Assembly (NCBI GenBank): GCA_965218425.1
Contig: OZ244621.1
Coordinates: 320,001 to 384,000 of the forward strand
Length of the DNA: 64,000 nucleotides
From: an uncultured Candidatus Binatia bacterium
GTDB lineage: Bacteria > Desulfobacterota > Binatia > UBA9968 > CAXXLF01
Reading direction: 5' to 3'
Shown here: positions 38,358 through 48,839 of the stretch, piece by piece
Layout: every line of letters begins with the position of its first letter
How positions within the stretch are numbered: the first letter of the stretch is position 1
Program-made: the position numbers and the translations under genes
The notes under the pieces: model-generated
The model's input: only the letters and a program-made list of their open reading frames with translations
Databases searched by the model: none
What the model was told of the DNA's origin: nothing

Positions 38358-38906
38358 TTAAAATTCAGGGGGCTCCCATCGTTCCAAACCAGGAACCGGT
38401 TCTTTGGGTGGCTGGGTGACGTTGTCCTGAAAGATCAGGTTCATGAACATAAAAAGGGTTTTGGACTTCAAGACCAACGCGCGTAAGACCTTTTCATTGT
38501 CCGCATTGAAGTGCTCGTGCACGCAGTTGTTGTGGACCACAACGAGGTCACCCTCTTCGTATTCGTAGCGCTTGCCGTCATGGATATCATAACCCTTCCC
38601 ATCTAGAATATAGAAAAGAGCCTCGTTCGTGTGCCCATGGCATCCAGAACGGCCTCCCGGTGCATATTCCACAATATGAGAATCCAATGCCTGGCTTAAT
38701 CCCATGTTCGGGCGCATCAAGTCACGATTCCATACCTGGGGCCCCCCTTTACGAGGGAGATCCCGGGCACTGATGACCCGTGGCTCTTTGCGGATCCGTT
38801 GAACTTCATGGTCAAGGCCATAGGATGGCATCTCAAGACCGCGCACGTACACGCGATTTTTCTCGTAACGCACCCCTTCTCCGCTGGTCTTCTTACGATC
38901 GGCCAT
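38358..38906 (-). CDS. cupin domain protein
   Basis: GCHGHTNEA...GKGYD...VHEHFN. Confidence 0.88.
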   Translation of the reverse strand: MADRKKTSGEGVRYEKNRVYVRGLEMPSYGLDHEVQRIRKEPRVISARDLPRKGGPQVWNRDLMRPNMGLSQALDSHIVEYAPGGRSGCHGHTNEALFYILDGKGYDIHDGKRYEYEEGDLVVVHNNCVHEHFNADNEKVLRALVLKSKTLFMFMNLIFQDNVTQPPKEPVPGLERWEPPEF

Positions 38907-39049
38907 ACCGGACTCCTTTCCAATTCCGTCGGTCTTTCATCACTCAGCTCTTAGATCGAGCAAAGCATACGGCCAAGCGATGGCTTACCATCATTACCGA
39001 CCGTCGAGAAGCTATAGGCACCTCCAGAAACAATGTTCGTGCAACCTAC

Positions 39050-40111
39050 TCAGCGCTGGAACCACTTGAACCACCCGGCGGGCATCTCCTGTCCGATGCC
39101 GCGCTTCTTCGCGCGGTCATAAACCAACGCAACCGTGGCCGCATACTGAACCCCGGTCCCATTATTAATATAGTAGTTTCTCTCTTCCGGACTCTCCCGT
39201 CCCGGGGCTTTGCCAGATAGGACGTCCGCTAGCGTATGGTGATGCGGTATCACATTGAAAACGTCCAGCATCTCAGGCGTTGTCGCCGTCCTCAATGGAC
39301 TATGTTCAGGCTCGGTAAAGTGATGGCTTGAGGCGCTGTCAAAGCTGGTGGCCAGCCGGTGGAACAGCTTGATCCCTTCTAACTCCAACTCCATGGACCC
39401 TTCGCCCGTCTGAACCCCGGTGAAATGTACACCTGGCTCCAGCCATTCCTTTTTCACGAGCGGCTCGAACCGACTTGAAGTACAGGCTGCGACGATGGCC
39501 GACCCTCGAACCACGGCCTCGGGGTTGTCCATGGATTTTACCCGCACCCCGGTCTTCAAGTTTAACCATTCGGAAAAGGTGTTTCGGTGCTCCAGGCTTG
39601 GGCTGTAGACCTTGAACAACTCCAGCGGCCGGACGCAGGCGTAAGCCAAAGCATGGGCACGCGCCGTGCTACCGGAGCCAAGGATTCCTGCCACCTTGGC
39701 ATCCGGCTGTGCCATCTCGCGCGCAGCCAGCCCAGCGCTCCCGGCATGCCGGTACCAGGAGATATCGCCGTTGCTCATCATGGCGAGCAGTTCACCGCTC
39801 TCGCCGCTAAAAAGCATGGACATGAAGGTGCCGTGTGGACCTTGCAGCTTGTGAATATCCCTGGTCTCGCTGGTTGCCTGGAGCATGGATCTGATATTGA
39901 TAACCACCACAGGAGGATTTCTCAGTCCTCCCAGACTCGTGACATGAGTCATGGCGTGACCGTGTTTTCCACCCATGTAGACGGTGGCCTTGGGTCGATA
40001 GGAGGCCGCGCCCATGGCCTCTTGTTTATAGGCGCTCTCCAAGGCCTCCAAGTTCTCTTTCATGTCTAGGACAGAACGGACATCCTCTTCACTCAGTAGA
40101 ATAGGTGGCAA
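39050..40111 (-). CDS. ornithine cyclodeaminase/mu-crystallin family protein
   Basis: LFSGESGELLA, GILGSGSTA, VYSPS, GKAPGRES, GVQYAA. TTG start with a GGAG RBS. Confidence 0.88.
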   Translation of the reverse strand: MPPILLSEEDVRSVLDMKENLEALESAYKQEAMGAASYRPKATVYMGGKHGHAMTHVTSLGGLRNPPVVVINIRSMLQATSETRDIHKLQGPHGTFMSMLFSGESGELLAMMSNGDISWYRHAGSAGLAAREMAQPDAKVAGILGSGSTARAHALAYACVRPLELFKVYSPSLEHRNTFSEWLNLKTGVRVKSMDNPEAVVRGSAIVAACTSSRFEPLVKKEWLEPGVHFTGVQTGEGSMELELEGIKLFHRLATSFDSASSHHFTEPEHSPLRTATTPEMLDVFNVIPHHHTLADVLSGKAPGRESPEERNYYINNGTGVQYAATVALVYDRAKKRGIGQEMPAGWFKWFQR

Positions 40112-40280
40112 TGGCGTCTCCCTTCTTTCTAACAGCGAGTTAAAATGATCCGGCCTTTACAACCGCAAACCCCGGGTGAAATAGATAAGAAGTTAGTTCT
40201 AATTGATTGATCTGTCAAACGCACCAACCGTGCTTATCCACCCTGATTTCCACAGAGTACAAAGGTATATTCCGAGCATG

Positions 40281-40673
40281 TCAATGGCGGAGTACGATTC
40301 CAGTTCCCGATGGACTAAGGAACGGTAGCGCGAGTGTCCGGCATTCTACGGCCTTCTTGTGGGCGGCACGCAGTTGATCGATGTCATCTACGAACATGCA
40401 CTTACCAAAATGGTAACAGACCGCAGCTGTGGTGAGATGCCGGCCGGCGCTGAGCTTATGTTCGGTGGCAAGTGCCTCGCGACCGTTTCTCTCGTGGAGA
40501 GCCCCCCGTTCGCTCCAGTCTCGACACCAGTTAGCTCAATGCTCGACAGAGTAAGCAACTTCCTGGAAATCGGCGCCGGGAATACCGGCGGCAGTGTATC
40601 GTGGGCCCCACGGTGCCCGTGCCACCTGCACCTTAACGTCTGGTTTCGCTTCAGTGGTCGTGTTTGTTGCCAT
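40281..40673 (-). pseudogene. N-terminal relic of a 2,6-dihydroxy-pseudooxynicotine hydrolase-like alpha/beta hydrolase
   Basis: Own translation: MATNTT...WGPRYTAAGIPGADFQEV...H*ANWCRDWSERGALHE...SAGRHLTTAAVCYHFGK...AHKKAVECRTLALPFL. In-frame TGA at 40538-40536, truncated before the catalytic core. Confidence 0.75.
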
Positions 40674-40768
40674 GGCTTCCTCTCGCAGTCACTTGATCGA
40701 CACGTTACCTGAAGACGTGTCAAAAGAGGCATCGCGCAAATGGGCGGAGGGCCGACCCTTGTCGTGGT

Positions 40769-41206
40769 TTATCCCTTAGATTTCAGCTCATAAGTACGGT
40801 TGTCGATCTCGAGGACCCCGTCTGCAAGATGAACGCTGATATGCACGGTCCCCTCGTTTCGCTGCCAGGGTGCCACTTCCATCGTGTGCAATCCGGATTT
40901 GGTAAATGGCTCGGAATATGCGACGGCTTCCGCATCCCCACGTGTTTTTGCGCGAACAATGATCATTCCGATACCGTGGGAAGTACTCCATTGACCATTT
41001 TCATCGCGGAACGGACCCGCGGCAAATAGAATCTCGCGCCGCTCCAAATCCACTAAGAAGTCATGATGATCCAAGCGCAGCCGGTCGTGCGATTTCGTCT
41101 GCTCGGGCGGTGATTCGTTTTTTCTCATGATGCAGAGATAGCACTGCCCCCGAGTCAACCCCTTTTCCACCCTCTGTCGTGCAGATCCGATTTCGTCTTT
41201 GCTCAT
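40769..41206 (-). CDS. YciI-family protein
   Basis: H..FL..LE...ILFAAGPF...GMIIVRA.T...AE.....EPF...G. AAGGAGG RBS. Confidence 0.85.
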   Translation of the reverse strand: MSKDEIGSARQRVEKGLTRGQCYLCIMRKNESPPEQTKSHDRLRLDHHDFLVDLERREILFAAGPFRDENGQWSTSHGIGMIIVRAKTRGDAEAVAYSEPFTKSGLHTMEVAPWQRNEGTVHISVHLADGVLEIDNRTYELKSKG

Positions 41207-41566
41207 GGTTTACCTCCTTTCGAGCTGATTACCCAATCTCGAGTGCTATTAATCCGCCGGCGCCGCAGCACCAACACCCCAACTAGCAAATACAACAGGA
41301 ATCCAGAAACTATCCGATATCAAACTCTTATGTCAATCAAGGCTTGGATCAGTGAAATTGAAAGCGCCGAAAAGGGTGCTTATGCAGGATCTTTATTAGG
41401 ACCATTCCTCGATAATCTCATGTCTAGTTGGATAGGGCCGGCTGACTAACGGTCAAAAGGTTCGGGGGGTTCCACTCAATCTGCGCGACTGAAGAGGGTG
41501 AACATAAGAATAGACCATCGATCAGGAAATGATAATCGGTTCCTAACTTCAATGGAACGACCAACC

Positions 41567-41975
41567 GCAGGCATCGAACTCGGATACCGCTACGAAAATT
41601 CACCGATCTGCGTGCCCGACGCAACACCACCCCCGCCCGATGATCCTAAAATCTACACTCCCACAGCGCGGCCGGGATCACGGGCGCCCCATGTCTGGAT
41701 TAGTGAGAATAAGTCTGTCCTAGATTTGTACGGTAAGGCATTCGTTCTGTTGCGCTTGGGCAGTAATGCGCCAAACACAAATGGTTTTACCTCCGCCGTA
41801 AGAAAACGCGGCATGCCCCCTCGAGGTCATCTCCTTGGACGTCGCCGAGCTCTCCGCACTCTATGAACGTAAATTGGTTTTGGTCCGGCCGGATGGTCAT
41901 GTAACATGGCGCGGCGATTCACCGCTGGATGATCGCGAAGCCGTAATCGACCGGGGCAGAGGCGCCGTTATCTGA
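41567..41975 (+). pseudogene. C-terminal relic of an FAD-dependent aromatic monooxygenase
   Basis: GIELGYRYENSPI...PGSRAPHVW...SVLDL, then a frameshift in the C-run near 41816-41820 to LYERKLVLVRPDGHVTWRG. The FAD-binding domain is missing. Confidence 0.85.
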
Positions 41976-42141
41976 GGTTAAGTACTATTGGCTTGAGCGT
42001 GGACCTCAGTTTATGCGGAGCGAGGAATATCGAAGTGTATTTAAAACAGATTGCTAATCGGAGGGAAGCCCCTTAGGTCGATCCCACCTTTAAGTTTGAA
42101 CGATTATTTTTCCTGTAGAGGTCAATGACAATTTTGGCTTC

Positions 42142-42171
42142 TTGACACTTCAATCCGATCTGCCCTATAAG
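42142..42171 (+). promoter_or_regulatory. putative sigma70 promoter for the ABC ATPase
   Basis: TTGACA-N18-TATAAG. Confidence 0.45.
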
Positions 42172-42188
42172 ATGCCCGAGCTCTGGAA

Positions 42189-43262
42189 ATGATTCGAATC
42201 AAATCCCTGGAAAAGCACTTCAAGTCTCAGCAAGGATTCGTGAAGGCCTTGCGGGGAATTAGCCTGGATGTTGCCGAAGGTGAGTTTTGCGTCCTTTTGG
42301 GCCCCAGCGGTTGTGGCAAAACAACCACTCTCCGTTCGGTGGCCGGACTGGAGAAACCCGACGCTGGCGAAATCGAAATCGACGGCACGGTGGTTTCTTC
42401 CCCAGCTCATCGGGTTCATGTCCCTACGGAAAAACGAGACATCGGCATGGTATTCCAGTCCTACGCCATATGGCCGCATATGAATGTTTTCAAAAATGTC
42501 GCCTTCCCTCTGACGCAAGGCAAGAAGTGGTTTCCCAAAGAAGTCGTTATCGAGAAGGTACACAGGGCCCTCGGACTCGTACAGCTAAATGGCTTGGAAG
42601 ACCGCCCGGCTACGGATTTGAGTGGTGGCCAACAGCAGCGCGTGGCCATGGCCAGGGCCATGGTGACCGAACCCAAGATACTCCTAATGGACGAGCCTCT
42701 CAGCAACTTGGACGCACGTCTCCGAGAACAGATGCGGGTGGAGCTTAAAAAAATTACCAAGGCCATCGGTGTTACCACCCTCTATGTGACCCACGATCAG
42801 GCCGAGGCCCTGAGCTTGGGGGACAATGTCTGTGTGATGAACGAAGGTAATATTCTCCAGGTAGGTCCCCCGTCCGACATGTACTCACGCCCGACGAATT
42901 TGTTCGTTGCCCAATTCGTGGGTGAAATGAATTTTATCAAAGGTAAGGTTACAGGAGACGGACAGGCAGAATCAGCCATTGGCAAATTGCGCTGCCCTGT
43001 ACCGCCGAATTGTCAAGCAGGCAAGGAAGTGACATTGGCAATTCGACCCGAGCACCTCATTGTCCAACACACCGCCGACCACAATTCCCAGTGCGTGGAC
43101 GGAACGATTATCGGCAAAACCTATCTCGGAGACACGGCCTTATATGAGGTGGAAATATCCGGAGTCACCCTGACCGTTAAACTTCCAGGTGACTCGGAGC
43201 TGGCGGTGGGAAATCGGGCCGTAGTCGTTTTGCCCGAAAAGCGCTGGCACGTATACACATAG
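42189..43262 (+). CDS. ABC transporter ATP-binding protein (PotA/FbpC class)
   Basis: GPSGCGKTT, LSGGQQQR, LMDEP, VTHDQ. Confidence 0.95.
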   Translation: MIRIKSLEKHFKSQQGFVKALRGISLDVAEGEFCVLLGPSGCGKTTTLRSVAGLEKPDAGEIEIDGTVVSSPAHRVHVPTEKRDIGMVFQSYAIWPHMNVFKNVAFPLTQGKKWFPKEVVIEKVHRALGLVQLNGLEDRPATDLSGGQQQRVAMARAMVTEPKILLMDEPLSNLDARLREQMRVELKKITKAIGVTTLYVTHDQAEALSLGDNVCVMNEGNILQVGPPSDMYSRPTNLFVAQFVGEMNFIKGKVTGDGQAESAIGKLRCPVPPNCQAGKEVTLAIRPEHLIVQHTADHNSQCVDGTIIGKTYLGDTALYEVEISGVTLTVKLPGDSELAVGNRAVVVLPEKRWHVYT

Positions 43263-43274
43263 AATTGGAGACTT

Positions 43275-44105
43275 CTACGCGGTAAACTCCCACCAGTTCT
43301 TGTCCTGATCGCTGAAGATAAAGGATAGATCACCGTTGGCTTGCTCTAGGTCCCAGAGTTCGGTAATGCCCATCTTCTTGCCTGCTGTGGCAAACTCACG
43401 GTGGGTGTCCTCCACGGCTTCCTTTGATTCGAGCTTTAAAGTGAAACGATTAACCGGTGACAACAATTCACGATTGCGACCGGGAAGCACGACGATGTAC
43501 CAGGGACCGGCAGGATGGCTGATGTAAGTGGAGGTCTTGCCTCCTCCTACGATTTCAAGTCCCAATACCTCTCGATAAAATCGATCGCTGGTTTCTTTAT
43601 CGTCACACTGGAGCGTTCCATGAGAAATGGCTTGGGGGATATAGCCTCGGTTGGGAAATTGCTCCTCCGTTAGCAAGTGATTCCAATGGGGCGCAGCCAC
43701 GGTACGGCCATGAGCCGCCGCCTTTGGATTATAGTACTCTATTTCCAAAGTGTTTCCGCCGGGTTCCTCAAAATAAACGGAATAGGCATAATGGGCTTCA
43801 CTCGGCTCATAAACCCTCTTGAGCCGATACTTTTCCTTATGGGCTTCGAGATACTTCCAGGCTACGGGTATCTCCCTGGTATTCGCCACGCGAAAGCCAT
43901 AGTGGTTGTTGTGGGGCTTATCGGCAACATTTGGGCCACCCTCGTGAACCACCAGCAACCAACCTGTATTCGGGTGCTTGATGGTGGCTTCCGTATCTTT
44001 GCGCTGGACAATTTCCAGCGCCAAAAGATCGGTGAAAACAGGAAGTGTCTCGTCCAAAGAACGGCACTCATAGTGGCCGCGGATCAGCCCAACCGATTTA
44101 TGCAT
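43275..44105 (-). CDS. two-domain VOC family protein
   Basis: RGHYEC, NHYGFRV, EPGGNTLEIE; SHGTL, DQDKNWWEF. Confidence 0.85.
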   Translation of the reverse strand: MHKSVGLIRGHYECRSLDETLPVFTDLLALEIVQRKDTEATIKHPNTGWLLVVHEGGPNVADKPHNNHYGFRVANTREIPVAWKYLEAHKEKYRLKRVYEPSEAHYAYSVYFEEPGGNTLEIEYYNPKAAAHGRTVAAPHWNHLLTEEQFPNRGYIPQAISHGTLQCDDKETSDRFYREVLGLEIVGGGKTSTYISHPAGPWYIVVLPGRNRELLSPVNRFTLKLESKEAVEDTHREFATAGKKMGITELWDLEQANGDLSFIFSDQDKNWWEFTA

Positions 44106-44314
44106 GGCCTTTCCTTTCTCAAGCCCGTTTAACCATTGCCTGTTTTTTTGCAGGTTAAATCAAACCTACAATGTCGTCAAGAGCGGTAAAATAACATTGG
44201 CAACTACACCCTCTCGAGCTTCAAGAGGATTGCCGACCCAATTGACACTCCTGGTCGTATTCTGTAGACAGATCCTCAGGAACCATGCAAAACCTGAACG
44301 CCGAAAGGAAAGGG

Positions 44315-45547
44315 ATGATGGCTCAAACGTCACAAGGCAAATTTAATGTGGGTGGCGTTCTTCTGGACCGGCCATTCAAAATCCAACGCTTCGGACACTT
44401 CGGATTCAATATCGCACGAATGGAGGAGGCTGTTCCCTTTTACACCGAGCTGTTGGGGTTCCGCATCTCTGACACCAACGATATGGCCCGGCGAGCCACC
44501 CCGGAGCAAGTCGCGGGCCTTGGAGACACCAAAGGGTACTTCATGCGCTATGGCGGAGATCACCATGCTTTCGTCATCTTTCCCAGACGTGTTCAGGAGG
44601 CTCTGGGGAGACACAACCGGTTTGGGCCTAAGGTGACCATCAATCAAATTACATGGCAGGTGCCAAGTCTCGGTCAGATAGGTGACGCAATCAAATGGTT
44701 TGGTGAGAGAAAAATCGAAATTCGACGTTCCGGTCGCGACATGCCAGGTTCCAACTGGCACACTTATGTTTACGATCCTGACGGTCACATCAATGAACTG
44801 TACTACGGCATGGAGCAGATAGGTTGGAACGGCCACAGCAAGCCTTTACCTATGCACAATCGCAAGTTCCAGGAAGCGCCCCAGTTACCCCAGATGTCGG
44901 AACTGGAGGAGGTACAAAAAGCCCTAGCCGAAGGTGTGGATATTTTATCTGGCTACCGCTATTTGGAAAAGAACCCACCCACTTACGACGTGGAGGGGAT
45001 TCTCCTCTCCAGGCCTTTCAAGATCACCCGCCTTGGTCCAGTGAGTTTATTTGTTCAGGATGTCGACGCAGCAGAGGTATTTTATCGCGACATACTGGGC
45101 TTCATTCCCACCGAGGAAGTGGTTTGGCAGGGACACCGCTGCGTGTTTTTACGTACCAACACCGAGCACCATTCGGTGGCACTCTATCCTCTAGCACTGC
45201 AAAAGATTCTCGGCCTCAACTCCCAAACCACCTGTATGTCCCTGGGAGTTCAGCTGGGCAGTTACCGTCAACTGTGTGACGCCGTCAGTTTCTTGCGGGA
45301 GCGCAGCGTCCGTGTAATCGATACGATTCCGCCCGAGTTGTTCCCGGGTATAGACTTTTCAGCGCATGTGCTAGATCCCGATGGTCACTGCATTCAATTG
45401 TATTATTACATGGAACAAGTGGGTTGGGACGGTCGCCCCAGGCCTAAGGAACTGCGTCGAAGGATAGTCAATGATCAATGGCCCGATGTGCTTGAACCCA
45501 TGCCGGATACCTACCAGGGAGAACCATTTTTGGGACCTTGGGGTTAG
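44315..45547 (+). CDS. two-domain VOC family protein (type I extradiol dioxygenase-like)
   Basis: GHFGF...LGFRISD, DHHAF, YVYDPDGHINELY; EHHSVAL, LDPDGHCIQLY. Confidence 0.88.
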   Translation: MMAQTSQGKFNVGGVLLDRPFKIQRFGHFGFNIARMEEAVPFYTELLGFRISDTNDMARRATPEQVAGLGDTKGYFMRYGGDHHAFVIFPRRVQEALGRHNRFGPKVTINQITWQVPSLGQIGDAIKWFGERKIEIRRSGRDMPGSNWHTYVYDPDGHINELYYGMEQIGWNGHSKPLPMHNRKFQEAPQLPQMSELEEVQKALAEGVDILSGYRYLEKNPPTYDVEGILLSRPFKITRLGPVSLFVQDVDAAEVFYRDILGFIPTEEVVWQGHRCVFLRTNTEHHSVALYPLALQKILGLNSQTTCMSLGVQLGSYRQLCDAVSFLRERSVRVIDTIPPELFPGIDFSAHVLDPDGHCIQLYYYMEQVGWDGRPRPKELRRRIVNDQWPDVLEPMPDTYQGEPFLGPWG

Positions 45548-45559
45548 CCAATGATATCG

Positions 45560-45780
45560 AGGGCTTCACAATCCCTTCGAGATCATTGGCCATTGCGTTT
45601 AAAACTCTTGCCAATTGACTCGCTTTAAGGAAGTTTCCTTTGCCTGCTATTGCATCCCATGCAACCGTCAACAACTCGGAAAACTCGAAGGGTCTGATCA
45701 AATAACCCACCACCGCAAGCTTCATTGACTGGACTGCGAAATAGTGAAGGATAGCCTGTCACTGCAATGACACGGAATTT
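45560..45780 (-). pseudogene. decayed response-regulator receiver domain
   Basis: RVIAVTGYPSL, then a frameshift to AVQSMKLAVVGYLIRPFEFSELL, matching the receiver beta4-alpha4-beta5 pattern (T...YLxKPF). Confidence 0.55.
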
Positions 45781-46044
45781 GTATCTACGCGTAATGCCTT
45801 ATTCTCAACCATGTCCATCTCCTGGTCCAGACAAGCTCCCCTCCCTTATCCAGATTCATGCAAGGGCTTCAGCGATTATATACGCAATATTTCAACCGGA
45901 CCCACCGAAAAGCCGGCCATGTATTTTAAGGACGCTATAAAGCTATCGTATGCAGTAGGAATGAGTATTTACCGGCACTGGTGCGTTTCATTCATTAAAA
46001 TCCGGTCAGAGCAAAAATGGTACGCAAAGCAGAAGATTATCCTT

Positions 46045-46560
46045 TACAGCGGGCATAAGAGTTATGCCAAAGGCCGGGACCGAGGTGGTCGATCCCCGGC
46101 TGGTATTAGAGATGCTTGGGGGACGGGGGGCATACAGGAGGTTTGTGGATCAAGAAGCCGGCGAAGGGCACAGGGAGGAGTGCTACCGGGTTGAGGATCA
46201 GCGTTTTTTAGGATCAACGGAATTTGGCGAAAGACTAGAAGGAGGAAAATAATGGTAAGCCTACGCGGCCATCGAAAGAAATGTTTCGGAAGGTTGCGCG
46301 CATGGTGTAGGAATAGAACCAAAGGTGCTTGGGGGAGCGGACCGGGCGTGGGGAGCATCTAAAATACGAGCGTTGGTGGGTTACGTTATGATTCGGCGGA
46401 TGGGATACAGCCTAAGGGAGGTTTCGTCGTGTTTGGGTCGGGATGTTGCCACGGTGAGCTCGTTGATTCCACGGTTCTCGGTACGTATGACCAAAGATGC
46501 AGAGCTCAGGAAACAAGCAGGACGAATCATTAAGATTGTCTACAATCCTAAGCCTGAACA
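46045..46560 (+). pseudogene. C-terminal relic of a REP-associated tyrosine transposase (RAYT-like, with C-terminal HTH)
   Basis: Fragments YSGHKSY, AYRRFV...DQRFLGSTEF and RALVGY...GYSLREV..CLGRDVATVS across frameshifts. No HUH motif is left. Confidence 0.6.
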
Positions 46561-46625
46561 TCCCGCTGGAAATTTCAAGCAGACGACCTAATCTCTACGG
46601 GCTCTGTTTGACAAATGTTTTGTTC

Positions 46626-46831
46626 TTAGCTGTTCGCTGATATTTTCGGCCTCCGTATTTGCCTTTTAAGCGATGATCTCGATCTGACCTTGGCTTGGGT
46701 ACCCCCCTTTGCAGAGCGAAGTTGGTACTCTCGTTTTTCTTTGAGCATCTTGTAGATAATCCGACTCGGGTGTCGCCCTAGAGCTCGAATCGCCTGATTG
46801 TGCCTTTTACCCTGGGCTCGTTTCTTTTCAT
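46626..46831 (-). pseudogene. C-terminal relic of an IS110-family transposase, cut at the IS3 boundary
   Basis: EKKRAQGKRHNQAIRALGRHPSRIIYKMLKEKREY resembles the IS110 C-terminal helix. Confidence 0.7.
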
Positions 46832-48099
46832 TGACCTTGCCCCCTAAAACGAGTCCAGGTGAAATGTTAGGGATTTTGATTTTAGGAAGGAGGCAAGGAT
46901 GGCAAGAAAGCGATTTACGGCCGAGCAGATTATCCTCAAGCTGCGTGAGGCGGAGGTGAGCTTGGCCCAAGGGAAGGCGGTGGGCCAGGTGTGCAAGCAG
47001 GTGGGGGTAACCGTGCAGACCTACTACCGGTGGAGGAAGGAATATGGAGGCCTGAAGATGGATCAGGCCAAGAGGCTCAAGGCCTTGGACAAGGAGAATG
47101 CGCGGTTGAAGAAGGTGGTGGCGGATCTATCGCTGGACAACCAGATCCTGAAGGAAGTGTCCTCGGGAAACTTCTAGGCCCGGCGAAGAGGAGACGAGCG
47201 GTGATATGGGCCAGAGAAAGATTGGGACCTGATCGAGTCTCCGAACGCCGGGCTTGCCAAGTGTTGGGACAGCCGCGATCGACGCAACGAAGAGTCCGAG
47301 AGATCCCGGAAGAGGAAGCAAGACTAGTGGCTCGGATGATGGAGCTGGCCAGCGAATACGGGCGATACGGCTACCGGAGGATTACGGCCATGCTGCGTGG
47401 GGAGGGGTGGAAGGTCAACCACAAGCGAGTGGAGAGGCTCTGGAGGCAGGAAGGGCTGAAAGTCCTCAGCCGTCAGCCTAAGCGAGGGAGGCTCCGGTTG
47501 ACTGATGGCTCCTGCATTCGCCTGAGACCGGCGCATCGAAACCATGTGTGGAGTTATGACTTCGTGCACGAGCGAACCGAAGACGGTCGGGCCTTTCGGC
47601 TGTTGAGCATCCTGGATGAATACACCCGGGAGTGCTTGGCGATTGATGTGGCCAGACGGATGAATCACCGGGATGTGCTGGAACGGTTAGCGGAGCTATT
47701 CGTGGAACGGGGCGTGCCGCAGTCCCTTCGGTCCGACAATGGCCCCGAGTTTACGGCTCAGGCTATCCGGGACTGGCTCAAGGCCATTGGTGTCAGGACA
47801 CTCTACATCGAGCCTGGCAGTCCTTGGGAGAATGGCTACGTGGAGAGTTTTAACGGAAAACTCAGGGATGAGCTGCTCAACCGGGAGGTGTTTGAAACCC
47901 TGAGGGAAGCTCAGGTGCTGATCGAAAGATGGAGAAGAGAGTATAACCAGCGGCGGCCTCACAGCGCCCTGGGCTATCGTTCTCCGGCACCGGAGGCCTT
48001 TCTGCCCAGAGCGCAGGCTGGGAATTCATCCCCATGGGCTGGACTCCAGATAATTCCGGCTCTAACTTAAAGGGTGGTACCACTCCTGGGGGCAGGTCA
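46832..48099 (+). mobile_element. IS3-family insertion sequence
   Basis: TG...CA ends: left TGACCTTGCCCCCTAAAACGAGTCCA, right reverse complement TGACCTGCCCCCAGGAGTGGTACCA. Contains orfA/orfB. Confidence 0.92.
46899..48070 (+). CDS. IS3 transposase OrfAB (orfA 46899-47177; -1 programmed frameshift at GGGAAAC 47165-47171)
   Basis: OrfA HTH ([12 protein letters not shown]); Orf[23 protein letters not shown]. An X-XXY-YYZ slippery heptamer lies just before the orfA stop. Confidence 0.92.
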
Positions 48100-48839
48100 A
48101 TGGGAGATCCCGACTATGGAATCCCGCTCCATCCCTTGATGGACCCGCAATGAACCCCGCCGAAATCCGCAGGAACCTCGAAATCGTCTCAACGGTCGTG
48201 ACTCAGCATGCCGGAAATGGCAAACCTCTGAAGAACGTTGCAACGGAACCGTACAGGATCTTTGAGAACATCCGCTATGAAGCCATCTCTGAAGTGGGCC
48301 GTGATGCGTTTGTGAGGGCCATGTCTCAGGCCGCAAACGAGCTTTTTCTTTCCATTCCAACCCTTGATTTTAAGACCGTACTTCAGGCCTCATCCAAACT
48401 TATCGGCTTGGGCCCCGGGCTTACGCCTTCAGGCGAGGACGTCCTGGCAGGCGTCATGGCAGCGGGAACCTTTTTTGGCCTGGCCCATGAGTCCCTGAGA
48501 TCCGAGGTCGAAAGGGTAAACTCGACCATCGTCTCACTTGCGCCGGGTCGAACCACCACATACGCCCAGGTTCTCCTGACCGATGCCAACAGGGGTGAGG
48601 TGGTTCGGCCTCTAAGTCAACTTCTACGAACAATCCTGTGCGCAGACCAAGTTGCGTCTGTTGTCTCACTGGCTCGTCAAGTCATGGTCATAGGGGAATC
48701 CTCCGGCAAAGATACATTGGCAGGAACTCTTATCGGCATGGAAGCGCTGCTGAGGCTAGCAGAAAGGATGAATGCGAATCAAGACGGATTGGGGCTGAAT
48801 CGCTCACAGCGTAAATCAAGGATGTTAAGGTATCTATGA
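48100..48839 (+). pseudogene. DUF2877 (YlbF/AllH-like) protein, 5'-truncated by IS3
   Basis: LIGLGPGLTPSGED..AG, TT, GESSGKD..AG motifs. The frame stays open upstream of ATG 48150 right to the IS3 end. Confidence 0.7.

Noticed and set aside
40536..40538. In-frame TGA as possible selenocysteine or recoding
   Set aside because: It falls at a probable Trp position (TGG to TGA), the gene is also truncated, and TGA is used as a normal stop throughout the window.
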